A stretch of DNA of 64,000 bases, taken from Parachlamydiales bacterium (GTDB taxonomy: Bacteria; Chlamydiota; Chlamydiia; Chlamydiales; Rhabdochlamydiaceae). This document shows positions 60,275 through 64,000 of this stretch, piece by piece. The translations under genes were made by a program, and so were the position numbers. A model generated the notes under the pieces. It saw only the letters and a list, made by a program, of their open reading frames with translations, had not been told where the DNA came from and did not search any database. Where the stretch lies: contig OY970065.1 of assembly GCA_963705295.1 (NCBI GenBank), forward strand, positions 224,001-288,000, read 5' to 3'. Numbering within the stretch: the stretch's first letter is position 1; each line of letters begins with the position of its first letter.

Positions 60275-61516
60275 TTAATCGTTAACTTTAAAAAGGTTCA
60301 GGTTAAAAATACCCCTAGGACTGCCTGAATCCGTTGCAACTGGATCACCTCCGCAGACCATGTATTTTCCATTTTTACTAAACAATACAAAAAAGCTCTC
60401 GGATGGTACTGTCAAAGCTCCATCTCGACATTTAAAATTATTATGATCATCCGTTTTTAAGAAGGTCAGATTAAAAGTATTAGAAGGGATTCCACTACCT
60501 CTAACTTCGTTTGCTTTACTGATTCCGATAGTTTTTCGATCTTTATAAAAATTTGAAACAATAAACGAACTGTCTGTTTTTGTAGTTGCAATCAAACGGA
60601 GAGATTCTCCATTGAATCGATATTCTCGAATATTTTGATCATCCCCAGGGATGAAAGTCATAGCTCCAGTGGTATCTTGAAAGATAGAAACCTGTCTAGA
60701 TTCCAGGGCCAGAGTTGTCCCAGCGGCAATACGGGGATTCTTAGTATTGTGATTATCTGCAAAATAAGTCACGGGGAATTGAGGTAATTCCGCTTGATCT
60801 ACCAAATTGAGTTTATTATTTGAAACTTTGTAGGCTTGAAGAAAGGCTGGGGCGGTAAAGTTGCTGGTTGTAAGATCAAATCCAGAAAATCCAAAAAGAA
60901 AATAATTCGCCATTTCCCCATTTTGGTTTAAAACAAAAGATTGAGGACCATTGGATAACCCTTTAATGTTAAATTTATGCAATGTTTTAAGGTCCGAATT
61001 CAATAGTTTGATAGAGGATACAAGCGTAGTGTTTGTAGATTTATTATTCGTATAGTTCACCATAATGAACTTACCATCGCCTGTGATATTTCCATTCAGC
61101 GCAACTGCTATGGCATCATTATAGATAACTTTTTTAACAACTTTGAAAGTATTTCCCACTAGTTTTAAAAGACGAATGCGAACCTTATTTTTCCCATTAT
61201 CATCAATCACTCCGAATGTCTCAAAATTATCATCGACAAAGCAATCATCCACATCTCCATTAAAGGCAAAATCATCCAAAGGTAAAGTGGCTTTTCTTAC
61301 CAACTTACCATCCACATTTTCAAACAGTTCAAGCTCGGGAATCTTCTGATTTGCAGCACCAAAATTAAGAGCTAAAATCAGTTTCCCATCATCCGAAATG
61401 GCTTTGACAGTAATACCCGCATTTCGAAAGATCGCATCACTCAATGTCACATTGAAATCAGCAAGCAATGAGCTCCAAGCAAAAATAAGTGCAATTACAT
61501 TTAAAAAAAATTTCAT
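60275..61516 (-). CDS. Secreted beta-rich (beta-propeller-like) hypothetical protein
   Basis: Signal peptide (SLLA|D); SDDGK, TGDGK and SKNGK blade-like turns; GGAG RBS. Confidence 0.65.
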   Translation of the reverse strand: MKFFLNVIALIFAWSSLLADFNVTLSDAIFRNAGITVKAISDDGKLILALNFGAANQKIPELELFENVDGKLVRKATLPLDDFAFNGDVDDCFVDDNFETFGVIDDNGKNKVRIRLLKLVGNTFKVVKKVIYNDAIAVALNGNITGDGKFIMVNYTNNKSTNTTLVSSIKLLNSDLKTLHKFNIKGLSNGPQSFVLNQNGEMANYFLFGFSGFDLTTSNFTAPAFLQAYKVSNNKLNLVDQAELPQFPVTYFADNHNTKNPRIAAGTTLALESRQVSIFQDTTGAMTFIPGDDQNIREYRFNGESLRLIATTKTDSSFIVSNFYKDRKTIGISKANEVRGSGIPSNTFNLTFLKTDDHNNFKCRDGALTVPSESFFVLFSKNGKYMVCGGDPVATDSGSPRGIFNLNLFKVND

Positions 61517-61525
61517 GATTTCTCC

Positions 61526-63388
61526 TTATTCACGATTGAGTTCTTCTTTGGTTAATATGGCCATAAATGTATTGACATTCGCTTGATCTTTTTGCCCCCG
61601 AGCATCGAACCAGCTAAAGAGCATATTTCCCGTGAACGGATCACGAGACATATTAAATTCTCCTCTGGCCTGTAGATGTGTGTTGGCAATAGGTCTTGGG
61701 GTGCTCCAAGTCAAGCCATCATCATCTGTGTGCAAAAGACTTAGAGTCATGTTACCCGAAAAATCAGGTTGCATATCGACAACACCGACATAGAGACGAT
61801 TCTTTTCCGGATCATAAGTAATCCCATAAGCGTAAGGGTTGATATTGCGCCTAGGTTGAAAAGGAATAATCGTATCGGTTTTGCCAACATTAGAAAAAGC
61901 GACATCCCGAAATCCACTGAATGAATCGGGTCCTAGATTGACGATTCCCGTTGGATTTACTAAAAGATGTAAGTGATTACCATTAAAAGGTGAATCGAAG
62001 GAATAACCTAACAAATAAACTTTTCCATCGGGTGTTACCGTAATTTCCGGTTCTTCTGTACTTGGGAATGGTAGAAATTTAGCAGAAGCAACAGGCTGAT
62101 GAACGACTTTGCCATATTTCCCTTTTCCTGTGACAGGAATATAGCTGATATAGAGTTGCGATCCATATCCATAGGGGCTTGAGGGGTCATCAAAGTAATG
62201 AGTAAACGATACCCACAAAGCTCTTCCACCTTGACCATCACCTCCAAAACAACCTCGAGGATAATCGAAATAATTATATGTGAAATTTGGATGAGAAGGA
62301 ACATTAATATTGCCGACCTTTTTAAAGGTTAAACCTCCATCCGTGCTGACGGCGTAAACGATGTTAATGGGGTTACCTAGATTATTCAGATTTGTAGAAT
62401 AAATATAGTAAATCCACAAATTGCCAAAATCATCAAAAACAGCTAAAACTCCATCTTCAGGTAGTTTAGGCAGCCCAAATGCTCCATCGATACGGTTAAC
62501 CTCCCAACTCTTTCCACCATCAAAGCTCACTCCTCCGAACATGGGAAAGGCGTCAGCACTACTGGCAGTTGAGGGAGTTGTCCACAATTTCTTCTCGATA
62601 CCCGGGGCGATTGCAAAAAGGTGGTTTGGATTGTTTGGATTAATGACTACAGAACCTTCATAGAAAAAAAAGTTTTCATGAGGCGCTTTAAAAACCGTTA
62701 CTGGATCATTTAATTTCTTAATTTTTCCAGTTTTTGGATCGATCGTTCCTGTTCGAACAATCCAATCCAAATGATTTCTACCATGGGGTGAATTAGCCTT
62801 TGAGTTATCGGGCCAAGGAACCGCGAATCTATTTTTTACAAGGGAATTGTCATAAAATTCATAAAAATCTCCATCAAAATCATTGAGCAAAGTCGCATTC
62901 GATGTTCCTGTCGTAAGACGAATATTTCTCGGTGCTTTGAACTGACTTCTGGGGGTCAATAAATACGTAACGGTCGTAGCATGGACTGTATAGCTGCCTG
63001 CCGGTAGAAATCCTCCTCCAGTATCATAAACAAGAAGTGACCCTGCATTGGTCACATAAAGATCGTATCCCAAACCTGTCTGGTCCGACTTCAGAGAAAA
63101 AGCTTGTGGTACCACATCAGCAGGCCAAAGTCGTCTTGGAAGAAAACCGTCTTGTGTAAAGATATAACCGTCGACAGGAAGAGTAAAATTAAAGGCTGGA
63201 ATATGGAGAGCTACAGTGCGGCCAATCACCTCGATATTCAAAGGAAGTTGAAAAGGCATATTGAGAGATGTATTCGTATTATCAGCGAGGTCAAGAGTGA
63301 TGGTCTCTTTAAAACTCTTTTGCTCAGAAGAATGGCAAACGCCGAAAAGAGCAGCTATGAAAATCAGCAATGCGTAAATTTTAGACAT
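61526..63388 (-). CDS. Secreted Asp-box (BNR) repeat protein, sialidase-like fold
   Basis: Signal peptide; Asp boxes SFDGGKSW, STDGGLTF, TDDDGLTW; ATG 63388 after GGAG. Confidence 0.75.
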   Translation of the reverse strand: MSKIYALLIFIAALFGVCHSSEQKSFKETITLDLADNTNTSLNMPFQLPLNIEVIGRTVALHIPAFNFTLPVDGYIFTQDGFLPRRLWPADVVPQAFSLKSDQTGLGYDLYVTNAGSLLVYDTGGGFLPAGSYTVHATTVTYLLTPRSQFKAPRNIRLTTGTSNATLLNDFDGDFYEFYDNSLVKNRFAVPWPDNSKANSPHGRNHLDWIVRTGTIDPKTGKIKKLNDPVTVFKAPHENFFFYEGSVVINPNNPNHLFAIAPGIEKKLWTTPSTASSADAFPMFGGVSFDGGKSWEVNRIDGAFGLPKLPEDGVLAVFDDFGNLWIYYIYSTNLNNLGNPINIVYAVSTDGGLTFKKVGNINVPSHPNFTYNYFDYPRGCFGGDGQGGRALWVSFTHYFDDPSSPYGYGSQLYISYIPVTGKGKYGKVVHQPVASAKFLPFPSTEEPEITVTPDGKVYLLGYSFDSPFNGNHLHLLVNPTGIVNLGPDSFSGFRDVAFSNVGKTDTIIPFQPRRNINPYAYGITYDPEKNRLYVGVVDMQPDFSGNMTLSLLHTDDDGLTWSTPRPIANTHLQARGEFNMSRDPFTGNMLFSWFDARGQKDQANVNTFMAILTKEELNRE

Positions 63389-63457
63389 GAATAACTCCAA
63401 GATTTAAAAAAAATCGTACGAAAGAAAGTTTTTAAATCAAAGAGTTATTTTTAAGAA

Positions 63458-63610
63458 TTACTCTGCTTTTTCTTCTGGTGTTTCTTCTGGAGCAGGAGCT
63501 TCTGTTGCGACAACAACAGCTTCTTTTTTCTCGGTGTTTTTTTCTTCTTTATCAGAAGCGGCGAGAGATGCCAATCCACAAAGAGCTAATAGGAAAAAAT
63601 TTTTATTCAC
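63458..63610 (-). CDS. Small secreted acidic protein (50 aa); not in ORF track
   Basis: GTG start after GGAGGA; MNKNFFLLALCGLASLAASDKEEKNTEKKEAVVVATEAPAPEETPEEKAE*. Confidence 0.7.
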   Translation of the reverse strand: MNKNFFLLALCGLASLAASDKEEKNTEKKEAVVVATEAPAPEETPEEKAE

Positions 63611-63641
63611 AAGTTCCTCCATTTTGGTTAAGAACTGATGA

Positions 63642-63670
63642 AATTTATATTAAGAAATGCTTTTTGTCAA
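63642..63670 (-). promoter_or_regulatory. Candidate strong sigma66 promoter for the 50-aa ORF
   Basis: Minus strand TTGACA-17 nt-TAAATT. Confidence 0.6.
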
Positions 63671-64000
63671 TCATTCTCTAGGGCTGGAAGGACGGTGACA
63701 AACGAGATGGTATTAAAATTTTCTATAAAAGAGGTGAGATCGACCTCATAACTCGATGCTCCTTCTTTTAAGGGGTGTACCTTTGTGACCTTACCGACTC
63801 CCAGTCCACCAGGAAAAACACCATCGAGGCCGGTCGTTATGAGGGTATCGCCTTCTGAAATGATTTGGTCCGATCTCAAATCACGACTCGGTCCTTCTTC
63901 GTCTTCAAAATCGTAATTAAAACCGACCCCTTGTAGAAGCATCGATCGGGCTCGAAATCCCGATTTTCTTATCCCTTTAAGTTCCCCTTTTCCCCTATAT
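63667..64000 (-). CDS. mreC: Rod shape-determining protein MreC, 3' part (runs off the window)
   Basis: GDTLITTGLDGVFPGGLGVGKV; the frame stays open from 63942 to the window edge. Confidence 0.8.
   Translation of the reverse strand, partial: YRGKGELKGIRKSGFRARSMLLQGVGFNYDFEDEEGPSRDLRSDQIISEGDTLITTGLDGVFPGGLGVGKVTKVHPLKEGASSYEVDLTSFIENFNTISFVTVLPALEND

Noticed and set aside
60240..60276. TTGACA between convergent genes as an antisense promoter
   Set aside because: No -10 element at 16-18 nt spacing
63478..63681. 67-aa plus-strand ORF
   Set aside because: Shadow of the better-supported minus-strand 50-aa ORF

Overview
64 kb of chromosomal DNA from a member of the Chlamydiota, most likely an environmental, non-Chlamydiaceae lineage (inference). 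Support comes from an NTT/Npt nucleotide transporter, the chlamydial gene blocks pgsA-sppA-polA-coaE-rho, dnaB-mnmG-lplA, sdhCAB-tatD-tol/pal-LysM and the type II secretion cluster, plus a murI gene. Most of the window is housekeeping. Small accessory islands lie between the core blocks: an ankyrin+TPR effector-like gene beside tRNA-Ser(GCT), three Inc-like coiled-coil genes, an AAA_14/DUF4143 ATPase with an upstream direct repeat, a long MORN-repeat protein and two secreted beta-rich/Asp-box proteins. The most notable observations are: (1) a full-length 433-aa LAGLIDADG intein in dnaB; (2) a ~160-bp palindromic MITE/RPE-like element just after dnaB; (3) two well-supported small ORFs missing from the ORF track; (4) a sigma54-type promoter ahead of a FlgN-like gene and two surface-glycan enzymes; (5) a local C-rich to G-rich strand-skew flip centred on the intein and apparently on other insertion points. 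I found no CRISPR array, rRNA, integrase, transposase or recognisable defence operon. No complete novel multi-gene system can be proven from the sequence alone.
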